From contig JAFGIV010000006.1 in the NCBI GenBank assembly GCA_016929435.1, positions 8,071 through 72,070 of the forward strand: a DNA stretch of 64,000 nucleotides, written 5' to 3'. Numbering within the stretch: position 1 is the first letter of the stretch; every line of letters starts with the position of its first letter. A model generated the notes under the pieces. That model was not told the DNA's origin. It made no database searches and saw nothing but the letters and a program-made list of their open reading frames with translations. Source of the DNA: Candidatus Uhrbacteria bacterium. GTDB lineage: Bacteria > Patescibacteriota > Patescibacteriia > SG8-24. Positions 45,530 through 55,075 of this stretch are shown here, in pieces. A program made the position numbers and the translations under genes.

Positions 45530-47287
45530 ATGACTAAATACAGCAAAAAAAGCGTTAAGGTTGCCGCTGTCGGGATGATGTTCGTCGGTTTTTGGGCGTT
45601 CGTCGCTCCGGTCTTGGCTGCGGTCCCGTCCGGGATCGTACCGTCCCAGTCCGTCATCGAGGATTGGGCAGTGACTGACCTGACCTTCGAGACCCCGGTT
45701 CGCCAGGTCGAGTCCTTTAAGGTCGACCGTGATTTCGTCGCCTGGACGGAGATCGACCCTGAAGACCAGATCCGGCGCCTGTTTTCCTTTGACAGCGGTT
45801 CCGTCCGCCTTTTGGCCGAGATGCCGCGTCAGGAATGGGATCAGGATTACGGCAACGGGTTCTTTGATTCCGTTGAGGGCAACTACGACGTGGCCGACGG
45901 CCGGGTCGTCTGGTCCGCCTCGGACGGCACGGATCGGGAAATCTGGTCCTATAACGGTTTCGACATCGTCAGGGTCAGCGACAACACCTATGACGATAAC
46001 CACCCCGTCACTTCCGGGGGGCGGGTGGCCTGGACCTCGTATCCCGGATCCGGATACAACCTGATGGTCAGCGACCGGAGGGGTACCCGTCGGATTGACG
46101 GTTGGCATGTCAAGAATTACGCCTTCGCCGGCCCGAACCTGTATTGGCTGAATCGCCTCCCGGAGGAGGATTGGTTCCGGGTGTTCCGGGAGAACGGTCA
46201 GGACGTCAAGGCCGTCGGAAAGGGGGATGACCGGGCCATCGTGAACTATTTCTGGACCGACAGGCAGGGAACGGCCGCCTGGGAATATTCCACCAAACAG
46301 TGGGGCTACGACAAGAGGGAAACCTTCATTTCCCATCGCGGGGCCGCCCCGGCCCTTAGGGTCATCCAGCGGGACGTTCCGCCGAACATCACCCGGATCG
46401 AGGATATCGCCGACCGGTCGGTCATCCTGAACGTAACCAACCTGCTCCAGTCCGATGCCTGGGATAGGGTCCAGCTGATTTCCGTCAATGGCCAGGAAAG
46501 GTATCTTGACCGCTATGTTGCCGTCACCAAGGTCCGCTACTTCGGAAACGGGCTTCTGGTCCGCCATGCGGTCCCGGATACCTCCAGCGCCCTGATTATC
46601 GGCAACGGCATGGACAGCACGGATTTTATCCTGAACGAGCACGTCATCCACGACCGGTTTGAGGCCGCTGACGGCCTGGTGGCCGGGGCCCTGCTGAAGG
46701 GCGGACTGTTGGTCCGCACCGACGATGGGACTTCCGTGATACCGACCGGCGGTCAGGTCAGTCGCCTGGCCATCGGTCAGGGGTGCGTGGCTTGGGTTGA
46801 GGGGGAAGAAGGAAACGGCCGTCTCCGTTCCGCCTGCCCGACCGTGGCGGTTCGGGGATCCAACGGCCAGGTGTCGCGGGTATCCGGACGCCTGGTGAAG
46901 GAAGCCGGAAACCCCGACGTATATCTCTTCGGTATCGACGGGCAACGCTACCGTTTCCCGAGCGAAACCCAGTTTTGGGGGTGGTATCGGGACTTCTCTT
47001 CCGTCCGTACCGTTTCGTCGGCCGAGATGCGGCGGGTCAACCTGGCCGGCAGTGTCCTGATCCGCCCGAATTACCGACCGGTAATGGTTTCCGGCGACCC
47101 CAAGGTATATGGCGTTACCGGTGACGGGGAATTGCGGTGGATCACCTCCGGTGACGTGATGGATGAGCTTTACGGTCAGGGGTGGGAAGGCCGGGTGGCG
47201 ACCATTCCCGTCCGGGACCTTCTGGACTACCATATCGGCGCTCCGATAAGCAGTGCTGCCGGCGGCCGGATGGCCCTAGCCTTCTGA
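45530..47287 (+). CDS. Secreted beta-rich surface protein with C-terminal repeat domain
   Basis: Signal peptide ending VLA; repeated DG.VVW/VAW blades; C-terminal GRLVK...PDVY...RYRFP / DPKVY...LRWI repeats. Confidence 0.8.
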   Translation: MTKYSKKSVKVAAVGMMFVGFWAFVAPVLAAVPSGIVPSQSVIEDWAVTDLTFETPVRQVESFKVDRDFVAWTEIDPEDQIRRLFSFDSGSVRLLAEMPRQEWDQDYGNGFFDSVEGNYDVADGRVVWSASDGTDREIWSYNGFDIVRVSDNTYDDNHPVTSGGRVAWTSYPGSGYNLMVSDRRGTRRIDGWHVKNYAFAGPNLYWLNRLPEEDWFRVFRENGQDVKAVGKGDDRAIVNYFWTDRQGTAAWEYSTKQWGYDKRETFISHRGAAPALRVIQRDVPPNITRIEDIADRSVILNVTNLLQSDAWDRVQLISVNGQERYLDRYVAVTKVRYFGNGLLVRHAVPDTSSALIIGNGMDSTDFILNEHVIHDRFEAADGLVAGALLKGGLLVRTDDGTSVIPTGGQVSRLAIGQGCVAWVEGEEGNGRLRSACPTVAVRGSNGQVSRVSGRLVKEAGNPDVYLFGIDGQRYRFPSETQFWGWYRDFSSVRTVSSAEMRRVNLAGSVLIRPNYRPVMVSGDPKVYGVTGDGELRWITSGDVMDELYGQGWEGRVATIPVRDLLDYHIGAPISSAAGGRMALAF

Positions 47288-47358
47288 CGCAGGCAAACCG
47301 AACGACAGAAAGAAACACCCCACCGAGAGATGGGGTGTTTCTTTTTGCGTTGCCCCTC

Positions 47359-47850
47359 CTATTTCCTCTTCGGGGCCTTTCTTGCGGTTTTTTTCTGGAC
47401 CGTTCCCTTGGGGGCGGTTTCCTTCAGCTTGCGCTTGCTGGTTCGGGTGTAGTACAGCTTGGCGCGACGGGTCTTCAGTTCCTTGACCAGTTCGATCTTG
47501 GCGATGGCCGGCATGCGCAGAGGGAATATCCTTTCCACGCCATATCCCTTGGAGACCTTTCGGACAGTGATGGTGGCGCTGTTCCGTTCCCGTCCCTTCT
47601 TGGCGATTATCGTTCCCTCGAACACCTGGATCCGTTCCCGCTCGTCTCCTTTCGGGGTGGTTTCCTTGATCTTAAGGTGTACGCGGATGACCTGTCCGGG
47701 CTTTAGCATGTCCAAATCGTCCTTTTTTACCTCTTCCGTCACCGTTGTCACCGTTTCCTCCGCCGTCTCTTCGGCCGGCGTTTCGGCGATGTCGTTCCCC
47801 TCGGTCTTGACCTCGGTTTCCTCCGCCGTTTTTTGCGTGTCTTCAGCCAT
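47359..47850 (-). CDS. rplS: 50S ribosomal protein L19
   Basis: ERIQVFEG.IIA, TVRKVS.GYGVERIFP, RRAKLYY.R; acidic N-terminal extension. Confidence 0.97.
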   Translation of the reverse strand: MAEDTQKTAEETEVKTEGNDIAETPAEETAEETVTTVTEEVKKDDLDMLKPGQVIRVHLKIKETTPKGDERERIQVFEGTIIAKKGRERNSATITVRKVSKGYGVERIFPLRMPAIAKIELVKELKTRRAKLYYTRTSKRKLKETAPKGTVQKKTARKAPKRK

Positions 47851-48400
47851 ATTTCTGGAGTTCGTTTAGTATGAATGAAACAACCCCTTCAATAGGGAGG
47901 TCGTCAGTCGGAACGACAATATCATAAACCGATAAATCGTTCAAGTCGATTCCGTAGTTGTCGCGGTAATTTTTCCAGTCGTTTCGGTCCCTCCGGTTTA
48001 CGGATTCCAGGATCTTTTCCGGGTCCCCGCCTTCCCGGTTGGCGATTCTGGAGGCCCTAACCGGCGGGGAAGCGTCTATCCAGATGCGGATTGCCGGGAT
48101 ATCCTGCCTTTTGGTCATCCAGGCGGATACCCGCCCCTGCAGGATGCATCCCTTTGGGCATTGGAGACAGCGGTCCATGACGTCCAGGTCGATTTCCCTG
48201 TCTATTTCCGGGTGGGCCAGGCGATAGTCGCTGAACTTGGTGATGTCCATTCCGGTCTTTTCCGCCTTTTCCCGGAAAACCTTTCCGACATCTATGGTCG
48301 GAATCCCCAGTTTTTTTGCCAGCAGTCCGGCAACCGTGCTTTTTCCCGATCCGGCCGGGCCGGAAATCGTTATGACCATATCGTTTTTCCGCTCTCGCAT
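47843..48400 (-). CDS. cmk: Cytidylate kinase (type 2/archaeal-like)
   Basis: ITISGPAGSGKST, G.VFRE, IDREID, YGIDL.DLS.YD. Confidence 0.85.
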   Translation of the reverse strand: MRERKNDMVITISGPAGSGKSTVAGLLAKKLGIPTIDVGKVFREKAEKTGMDITKFSDYRLAHPEIDREIDLDVMDRCLQCPKGCILQGRVSAWMTKRQDIPAIRIWIDASPPVRASRIANREGGDPEKILESVNRRDRNDWKNYRDNYGIDLNDLSVYDIVVPTDDLPIEGVVSFILNELQKYG

Positions 48401-48401
48401 G

Positions 48402-49325
48402 TTACCCTCCGGTTCGTTTTCCGGCAACCTTTCCCCATTCCGGGGGTTCGCAGGCGAATTCCACCCATTGGTTGTCTTTCGGGTGGCGGAACCCCAGCCT
48501 TTTGGCGTGCAGGCAAAGGCGGGAACTGGGGAGCCCGTTCTGGCGGCCGTATAGCGCGTCTCCGACTATGGGGTGTCCCAGGGATCGCATGTGGACCCGT
48601 ATCTGGTGGGTCCGGCCGGTTTCGGTTCGGACAGTCAGGCGGGTGGCCTTTGGCGGCCGGCCGATCACCTCATAATGGGTGATGGCCGGGCGGTCGGCAT
48701 CGGCCGCCTGGGTATGGGCTGACATCCGGCCGCTGCCCTTGGCCCGCCCTATCGGCAGGTCAACCGTTCCCCGGTCCCCGGACATTTCCCCCTCGACCAG
48801 GGCATCGTATTCCTTAAGGATAGTGTGGTCCTGGAACTGTTTCTTGAGGTGGTCGTAGGCCTTCTGGTTCCGGGCAATCGCCACCAGGCCGGAGGCGTCC
48901 TTGTCCAGGCGCTGCATGATTCCCGGGCGCCATTCGGACTCCCCGACCGTGGCTATTTCCGGGTATCGGGCCACTATGGCGTTGATCAGGGTGAAGTCGT
49001 CGTCGGCCTTGGCCGGGTGCATAAGCATCCCCGGCGGCTTTTCCACCACCAGGATATCGTCATCCTCGTGAATGACGGTAAGCTTCAGGTCAGGACGGGG
49101 GACAAGGGGCGGCAGGACGGTCATGTCGACGATTTCCTTCAGTATCTCGATCCTGTCGCCGGATTCCAGGCGGTGGCTCGATTTGGCCGGCCGGCCGTTT
49201 ATCAGGACCTGCTTTCTGTCCAGGGCATTCTGGACCTGGTTTCGGGCCATGCCGGTCATTTTCGCCAGGTGACTGTCGATTCGGACTCCGGCCGCCTCTT
49301 CCGTGACGGTAAATTCACTCTCCAT
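48402..49325 (-). CDS. RluA/RluD family pseudouridine synthase
   Basis: S4 domain, KPPG...HP, QRLDKDASG, TGRTHQIRVH, HPIVGD.LY. Confidence 0.95.
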   Translation of the reverse strand: MESEFTVTEEAAGVRIDSHLAKMTGMARNQVQNALDRKQVLINGRPAKSSHRLESGDRIEILKEIVDMTVLPPLVPRPDLKLTVIHEDDDILVVEKPPGMLMHPAKADDDFTLINAIVARYPEIATVGESEWRPGIMQRLDKDASGLVAIARNQKAYDHLKKQFQDHTILKEYDALVEGEMSGDRGTVDLPIGRAKGSGRMSAHTQAADADRPAITHYEVIGRPPKATRLTVRTETGRTHQIRVHMRSLGHPIVGDALYGRQNGLPSSRLCLHAKRLGFRHPKDNQWVEFACEPPEWGKVAGKRTGG

Positions 49326-49653
49326 GTTTTTTGGGGTAAGGCACTTAACGGTCGGCCCATAGTATGATACAATTAAATCAGGAGAAATCCCATAAAACCA
49401 AAACAAAAAATATTGTGCCCCCCTACGGGCACCCGTTCTTTCCCCGCTCCTTCCTTTCGATTAAGGCACCGGCCCTCTCTATTTTTAGGCCTGGTGCCTT
49501 TTTTTTGGGTATTGATTAGGACCCTACACTGTCCCGTTTGTTGCCGTGTTTCGGATATGATACATTTTTGTCATAAAATCGGAATGCCGTTGCCCTATTT
49601 CCTTCCGCCTACCGACATATGAATACGAATCCTCCCTCACGGAGAGGGGGTTT

Positions 49654-50211
49654 TTGTGCATTGCCGGTACGGATGAGGCCGGGGCAGGCTGCTGGGCCGG
49701 ACCGGTTTTCGCCGGGGCGGTCATCCTGCGCGGGCCGATCAGGGACCGGCTGGTCAGGGATTCCAAGACCCTGTCCCCGTCCCAGCAGCAGAGGGCGGCG
49801 GAACTGATCCGGCGGGAGGCCCTGGCCTGGGCGGTCGGGTTCGCCGCGGCCGGGGAAATAGACGAGATCAACATAGCCCGGGCCTCTGAATTGGCCATGA
49901 TGCGGGCGATACGAGGACTGTCCCCGGCCCCGGATTTCGTGCTGGCCGATTTTAGGGAACTTGGGGATCTTGGCATACCGAACCTGGGAATCGTCGGCGG
50001 GGACGCCCTATCCGTGTCGATCGCCGCCGCCTCCATCATCGCCAAGACCGAAAGGGACTCCCTCCTGGAGTCCCTGGATCTTCGGTATCCGGGATACGGA
50101 TTTGCCTCCCACAAGGGTTACGGAACCAAGGCCCACGCCGAGGCCCTGCGGCACCTCGGCCCCTGTCCGGAACACCGCTTGAGTTACCGGCCGGTCATGG
50201 CGTGCCGCTAG
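49654..50211 (+). CDS. rnhB: Ribonuclease HII (start uncertain)
   Basis: GTDEAG.G..AGPV, DSKTLS, SIAAASIIAK..RD, HKGYGT. Confidence 0.92.
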   Translation: MCIAGTDEAGAGCWAGPVFAGAVILRGPIRDRLVRDSKTLSPSQQQRAAELIRREALAWAVGFAAAGEIDEINIARASELAMMRAIRGLSPAPDFVLADFRELGDLGIPNLGIVGGDALSVSIAAASIIAKTERDSLLESLDLRYPGYGFASHKGYGTKAHAEALRHLGPCPEHRLSYRPVMACR

Positions 50212-50423
50212 TAGCCGGCCGGTCCGGCCGTCCCCCGGTCCGACGGGCCCGGATGGGCATCAGGCCGGCTGTCCGGTCCTTTTGCCTGGGACAGGCCCGC
50301 CGATCGGGCCGCCTCCAGCCTGTCGGTTTGGCGGTCAATACCGGATTGCCCGACGGCCGCATCAATCCACGTGGACAGGAACGCGGCGGCCAGCAGCAGG
50401 CCGGATTTGGCTATCTTTCGCAT
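50208..50423 (-). CDS. Small hypothetical protein with signal-like N-terminus
   Basis: Overlaps the end of the upstream GT4 gene; hydrophobic N-terminus. Confidence 0.35.
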   Translation of the reverse strand: MRKIAKSGLLLAAAFLSTWIDAAVGQSGIDRQTDRLEAARSAGLSQAKGPDSRPDAHPGPSDRGTAGPAGY

Positions 50424-51541
50424 ATGTCGTTCAGGATCGAATCTATCCTTTCGGCCCCCGTCCCCCAGTCGAACCGTTTGGCGGCGACGATCCCCGAATC
50501 CGAGAGCCTTTCCGAAAGCCCCGTTTCCTCCAGCACCAGCCGCATCGCTTCGGTCAGCTCGTTCAGGTCATGGGGGTCAATCAGCAGTCCGGCCTCCCCG
50601 ACCACCTCACCGAGCGAGGAGGCGAAACTGGCGATGACCGGACAGCCGCAGGCCATCGCCTCCAGCGGCGGCATGCCGAAACCCTCATAGAACGAGGGGT
50701 AGGTCAGGGCAACGGCAGAGGAGTAGAGGGCCGGCTTGTCCGCCTCGTCCACGTAATCAATGAAATGGATCCGGTCCCTGGCCGGCGAGATTGCCGCCTG
50801 TCTCAGGGTTTTTTGCCAGAGCCACCCCCGGCCGCCGGCGATCACCAGGTGGGAATCTGTTTTCAGCCGCCCAAAGGCCTCGATCAGGCCGTCGATGTTC
50901 TTTCTCGGCTCGATCGTCCCCAGAAACAGGAAAAACCGTTCCGGCAGGCCGTATTTTTCCCTTACCGCAGCCCTCTCTTCCGGTTTGGCCGGGCGGAATT
51001 CCGGTCCTACAGCCGGACTGACGATCTCTATCCTTTCCTCCCCGATGCCGTAGGTCTCGATCAGGTCCTCCTTGGTGTGGCGGGATACGGCGATCACCCT
51101 GGCGGCCTGCCGGAAAAGCCGTGCAGGGCTGGCCATGGCGTGCCAGAGGCGCATTTTGGCCGGAAAGAACTCCGGGAAACGGATGAAGGACAGGTCATGC
51201 ACCGTTACCGCATAGGGCCGTCCGGTTGCGGAAAAGTTGATGTTCGGCAGCCAGGCGACATCGAAATTGCCGGCCAGGTCCTCCAGCCGGGGCCTTCCGG
51301 ACAGGCTGACGGCGGCGTTCAGAATGCGGTTGGGGATTTTCGGCCGGCAATACCCGATCCGGCCGTTCCCTTCCGGCAGGTCCCCGGGCAGAACCCCCTT
51401 CCATCCGGGGGCGAAAAGACGATACTGCCGTCCGGGGACTGGGGGACGGTCAAGCAGGGCCATTGTCAGGCGGTAGGCGTATTGCCCGACCCCGGCCCGG
51501 CGCCGGTCCAGCAGGGATCGAATGTCTATCAGGCGGGTCAT
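50411..51541 (-). CDS. Glycosyltransferase family 4
   Basis: TVHDL, GTIEPRKN, YEGFGMPPLEAMACG. Confidence 0.95.
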   Translation of the reverse strand: MTRLIDIRSLLDRRRAGVGQYAYRLTMALLDRPPVPGRQYRLFAPGWKGVLPGDLPEGNGRIGYCRPKIPNRILNAAVSLSGRPRLEDLAGNFDVAWLPNINFSATGRPYAVTVHDLSFIRFPEFFPAKMRLWHAMASPARLFRQAARVIAVSRHTKEDLIETYGIGEERIEIVSPAVGPEFRPAKPEERAAVREKYGLPERFFLFLGTIEPRKNIDGLIEAFGRLKTDSHLVIAGGRGWLWQKTLRQAAISPARDRIHFIDYVDEADKPALYSSAVALTYPSFYEGFGMPPLEAMACGCPVIASFASSLGEVVGEAGLLIDPHDLNELTEAMRLVLEETGLSERLSDSGIVAAKRFDWGTGAERIDSILNDICER

Positions 51542-51639
51542 GCGGTTTATTCTACCACCTGTCGGCCGGGGACGGAATTTTTCGCCGGACGATTTTTATG
51601 GTATAATTTATTTGAACAAAAACACGGAACGCTGTTCTT

Positions 51640-53916
51640 ATGGGAAATGACCCGGATCGGTTTTCGGAAGGGACTGACGGCGACGCCCGCTGGGCCGAGG
51701 CGTTTTTCGGGCTCATTCCGGACATTGCCGTATCCTTGGATTCCCGCGGGAGGATAGCGTACGTCAACCGTTACGGACGGAAGCTGTTGGGCGGTGACGA
51801 GAGCGCCGATCTTGTCGGCCGGGACTGGTTCGGGGAATTCATCCGTCCCGGCGACCGAAGGGCGGTAAGACGGGTTTTCCGACAGACGATGGCTTCCGAA
51901 CCGGATGGTGAAGGGACGGAACACGGCCATTACCGGAACCGTATCGTGGCCCTGGACGGTCAGGAAAGGGTGATCGAGTGGCACAACCGGACGGTTCGGG
52001 ACAGTGACGGACGGGCGATCGGGATCGCCAGCGTCGGCCGGGACGTCACCGAATCGGTGGAGACGGGCAAGAGGCTGGAGGAAAGCGAGGCGAAGTTTCG
52101 GTCAATGGTCGAGATGTCCAACGACATAACCCTTAGGATCAACCTGAAGGGGGAATTGCAGTACATCAGTCCGCAGATCAGTAAATACGGGGAGGATCCG
52201 GTAGCGGTTCTCGGGCGCAATTTTACCGAATTCGTCCACCCTGATTTCCGGAAGGAACTGCGCCGTTTGGCGATCCAGCGTTTTTTCCATCCCGACGGCA
52301 AGTTCCCCCCGTTCGAGTTCATCGCCACCCTGGACGGCGGCCGCCGCCAGGTTTGGATGCAGGTCTGGTCCGGGGCCATCCGCGACAAGAGGGGTCGGGT
52401 AAGGGAAATCGTCTCCGTCATGCGGGACATCGATGACCGCAAGCGTTCGGAAATCCACTTTAAGGAACTGGTGGAGAACCTGACGGTCGGGGTCTATCGG
52501 CGGGAATTCGGCCCGAACGGACGTTTTCTGGAGGGCAATCCGGCCGCCTTGGCCATCTTGGGGGCCAAATCCGTTGACCAGGTTCCGAACATGAACATCG
52601 AGGACATCTGCCAGGATCCGGAGGATTACCGCCATGTCGAGAGGGAGCTTGCGGAGAAGGGGGTAATCCGCGGTTTTGAGATGGGCATCAAGACCCTGAA
52701 GGGCAAGCTTGCCTACATTCGGCTTACGGCCATCCTCAAGAAGGGGAGTGACGGTAAGGCGTATTCGGACGTGATCGTGGAGGACATCACCGCCGAGAGG
52801 GCGACGATCGAGAGGATCAGGGAAAGCGAGGAGCGCTACCGCGTATTGGCGGAGAACACCCCCCAAGACATCATTTTGATCGATGTTGACGGCCGCCTCC
52901 TGTTCATGAACCGGCCTGCCCTGAACCGGTACGGTTTCGGTGACGTGGCCGAGGCCGGCAGGAAGTTCCGTTTGAGCGGGAGTTTCGTCGGCGAAGACCG
53001 GCGGAGGGTCGAGGATCTGATCGATATGGGCCGGCAGGGGAAGGTCTCGACCGTTGAGCTGGAAAGCGTCGATGCCGGTGGGGTCTCACGGACCATGCAG
53101 GTGATCTTTGCGCCGGTCCGCGATTCGAAAGGCACGGTCAGCGGGATTGTTGTCGTCGGTTCGGACGTATCCGAGCTGCGGGCCATGCGGAGGCAGGTCG
53201 ATGAACTGGACCAGCTGAAATCCCGCTTCATGACCTCCCTTCTCCATGTCACCAGGACCCCGCTCAGCAAGATCCGGTGGGCCCTGGAGATCCTGCAGTC
53301 CGGGGAGATCGCACCGGTAGCCCCCGGCCAGTCCGCCTTCATCCGCCAGGCCCTATCCAGCGGCAATACGGTCATTTCCGTGATGGAGAACATGACGTTG
53401 GCACTGGACATCGAGCGCGGTGCCCTGACCCTGGACCGGACGTTCACCTCGGTCGTCAGCCTGGTCCAGTCGGTCCGTCAGCAGTTTTCCGCAAGGCATG
53501 AGATGGACGGGGTGGAATGCGTCATTGACGCCCCGGACACCGACATCAAGGCCAACGTTGACATCCACCGGCTTCATCGGGTGTTTGAGACCGTTCTGGA
53601 CAACGCCAGCCGCTACCTGAGGGACAGCGAACGCCGCATCCTGATACGCATCCGGACCGTCAGGGGGCGTGTCCGATTCGAGTTCGAGGATCACGGCATC
53701 GGCATTCCCGCCAACGAACAGGGGTATGTATTTGGCCGGTTCTATCGCGGTTCCAACGCCCAGTTGGCCCATCCGGATGGGGTGGGGCTGGGACTTTTCA
53801 TTTCCAGGGCCGTGGTTGAGGCCCACGGCGGGACCATGGGGTTCAGCAGCAGGGAGGGGAAGGGGAGCGTCTTCTGGATGGAGTTGCCGGTGGGCGACGG
53901 GAAGGCGGGGACATGA
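51640..53916 (+). CDS. Cytoplasmic multi-PAS sensor histidine kinase
   Basis: Four PAS/PAC-like repeats, HVTRTPL, DNASRY, DHGIGI, GVGLGL. Confidence 0.9.
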   Translation: MGNDPDRFSEGTDGDARWAEAFFGLIPDIAVSLDSRGRIAYVNRYGRKLLGGDESADLVGRDWFGEFIRPGDRRAVRRVFRQTMASEPDGEGTEHGHYRNRIVALDGQERVIEWHNRTVRDSDGRAIGIASVGRDVTESVETGKRLEESEAKFRSMVEMSNDITLRINLKGELQYISPQISKYGEDPVAVLGRNFTEFVHPDFRKELRRLAIQRFFHPDGKFPPFEFIATLDGGRRQVWMQVWSGAIRDKRGRVREIVSVMRDIDDRKRSEIHFKELVENLTVGVYRREFGPNGRFLEGNPAALAILGAKSVDQVPNMNIEDICQDPEDYRHVERELAEKGVIRGFEMGIKTLKGKLAYIRLTAILKKGSDGKAYSDVIVEDITAERATIERIRESEERYRVLAENTPQDIILIDVDGRLLFMNRPALNRYGFGDVAEAGRKFRLSGSFVGEDRRRVEDLIDMGRQGKVSTVELESVDAGGVSRTMQVIFAPVRDSKGTVSGIVVVGSDVSELRAMRRQVDELDQLKSRFMTSLLHVTRTPLSKIRWALEILQSGEIAPVAPGQSAFIRQALSSGNTVISVMENMTLALDIERGALTLDRTFTSVVSLVQSVRQQFSARHEMDGVECVIDAPDTDIKANVDIHRLHRVFETVLDNASRYLRDSERRILIRIRTVRGRVRFEFEDHGIGIPANEQGYVFGRFYRGSNAQLAHPDGVGLGLFISRAVVEAHGGTMGFSSREGKGSVFWMELPVGDGKAGT

Positions 53917-53976
53917 TCCTGCCCATCAGATTTTTGAAGGGGGTCCGATTCCGCGGCTCCCCGAAAAAGACGCCGT

Positions 53977-55074
53977 TCAGGCGTCTTTTTTCCCCATTTC
54001 CCGGTTTACGTATCCCGTGATTTTTTCCCTGAACCTTTCGGCGCTGAATTTTTCGGCGTGGCGGCGGATGGCTTGGGGGTCGAATCGACGGTGGTCGAAG
54101 CGGCGGACCGTCTCGGCCAGCTCTTTCCAGTTCTGGCTGTCCAGGAACCGGCCGGTGACGCCCTCCACGACCGTTTCCGTTGCCCCGCCCTTCCGGTAGG
54201 CGATGACCGGCCGCCCGGAAGCCATGGCCTCCACGGCGGTGATGCCGAAATCCTCCTCCTGCGGGTTGAGGTAGGCGATGGCGTGGCGGTAAAGTTCGGC
54301 CTTCTCTTTCTCGTTGACCCTGCCCAGGAACTCGACGTTCGGTCCGGCCATTTTCCCCAGCCTTTCCGTTTCCGGACCGTCGCCGAAGATCTTAAGGGGC
54401 AGTCCCAGGTCACTGAAGGCCCGGACGGCGATGTCGAACCGCTTGTAGGCGACCAGCCGTCCGCCGGCCAGGTAATAGTCGCCGATGTCTTCCGAGACGG
54501 AGAACCTTTCCGTCTCGATCGGCGGATGGATGACGGTCGATTTTCGGCCGTAGTATCGCCAGATGCGCCGGCGGACCGTCTCCGAGTTGGCGATGAACCG
54601 GTCCACCCGGTCGGCGGCCAGGCGATCCCAGGCGCGGAGGCGGGGAAGATACAGCCTGACGGCCTGTCGGACCGGTTTCGGGAGGTTAAGGCCGTCGACG
54701 TAGCTGTCCGTATCGGACCAGAGGTAGCGGGTCGGCGTGTGGCAATAGCAGAAATGCACCGTTTCCGGCCGGGTGACGATGCCCTTGGCAAAGGCCGAGG
54801 TGCTGGAAAGGACGGCGTCATACCCCCTCAGGTCGTAACTTTCCGTGGCTAGGGGCATGAGCGGCAGCAGGAACCTGTATGTCTTCAGTCCCAACGGCAG
54901 TCGTTGGAGGAAGGAGGTGCGGATGTCCCGGCCGTCGAAGGCCGGACCGACCCGTTTGGGGTCATGCATCAGGACATAGGTCGGGGAATCCGGCCACATG
55001 TCCTGAAAGACCTGGAGCACCCGTTCGGCACCCCCGTCCTGGATGAGATAGTCGTGAACCAGGGCCATTTTCAT
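53977..55074 (-). CDS. Glycosyltransferase family 4
   Basis: HDYL...GGAERV, YCHTP.RY, EEDFGI..VEAMASG. Confidence 0.95.
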   Translation of the reverse strand: MKMALVHDYLIQDGGAERVLQVFQDMWPDSPTYVLMHDPKRVGPAFDGRDIRTSFLQRLPLGLKTYRFLLPLMPLATESYDLRGYDAVLSSTSAFAKGIVTRPETVHFCYCHTPTRYLWSDTDSYVDGLNLPKPVRQAVRLYLPRLRAWDRLAADRVDRFIANSETVRRRIWRYYGRKSTVIHPPIETERFSVSEDIGDYYLAGGRLVAYKRFDIAVRAFSDLGLPLKIFGDGPETERLGKMAGPNVEFLGRVNEKEKAELYRHAIAYLNPQEEDFGITAVEAMASGRPVIAYRKGGATETVVEGVTGRFLDSQNWKELAETVRRFDHRRFDPQAIRRHAEKFSAERFREKITGYVNREMGKKDA

Positions 55075-55075
55075 A

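Noticed and set aside
3474-53916. Three histidine kinases without response regulators as a novel signalling system
   Set aside because: Orphan kinases are common and the regulators may lie outside the window.
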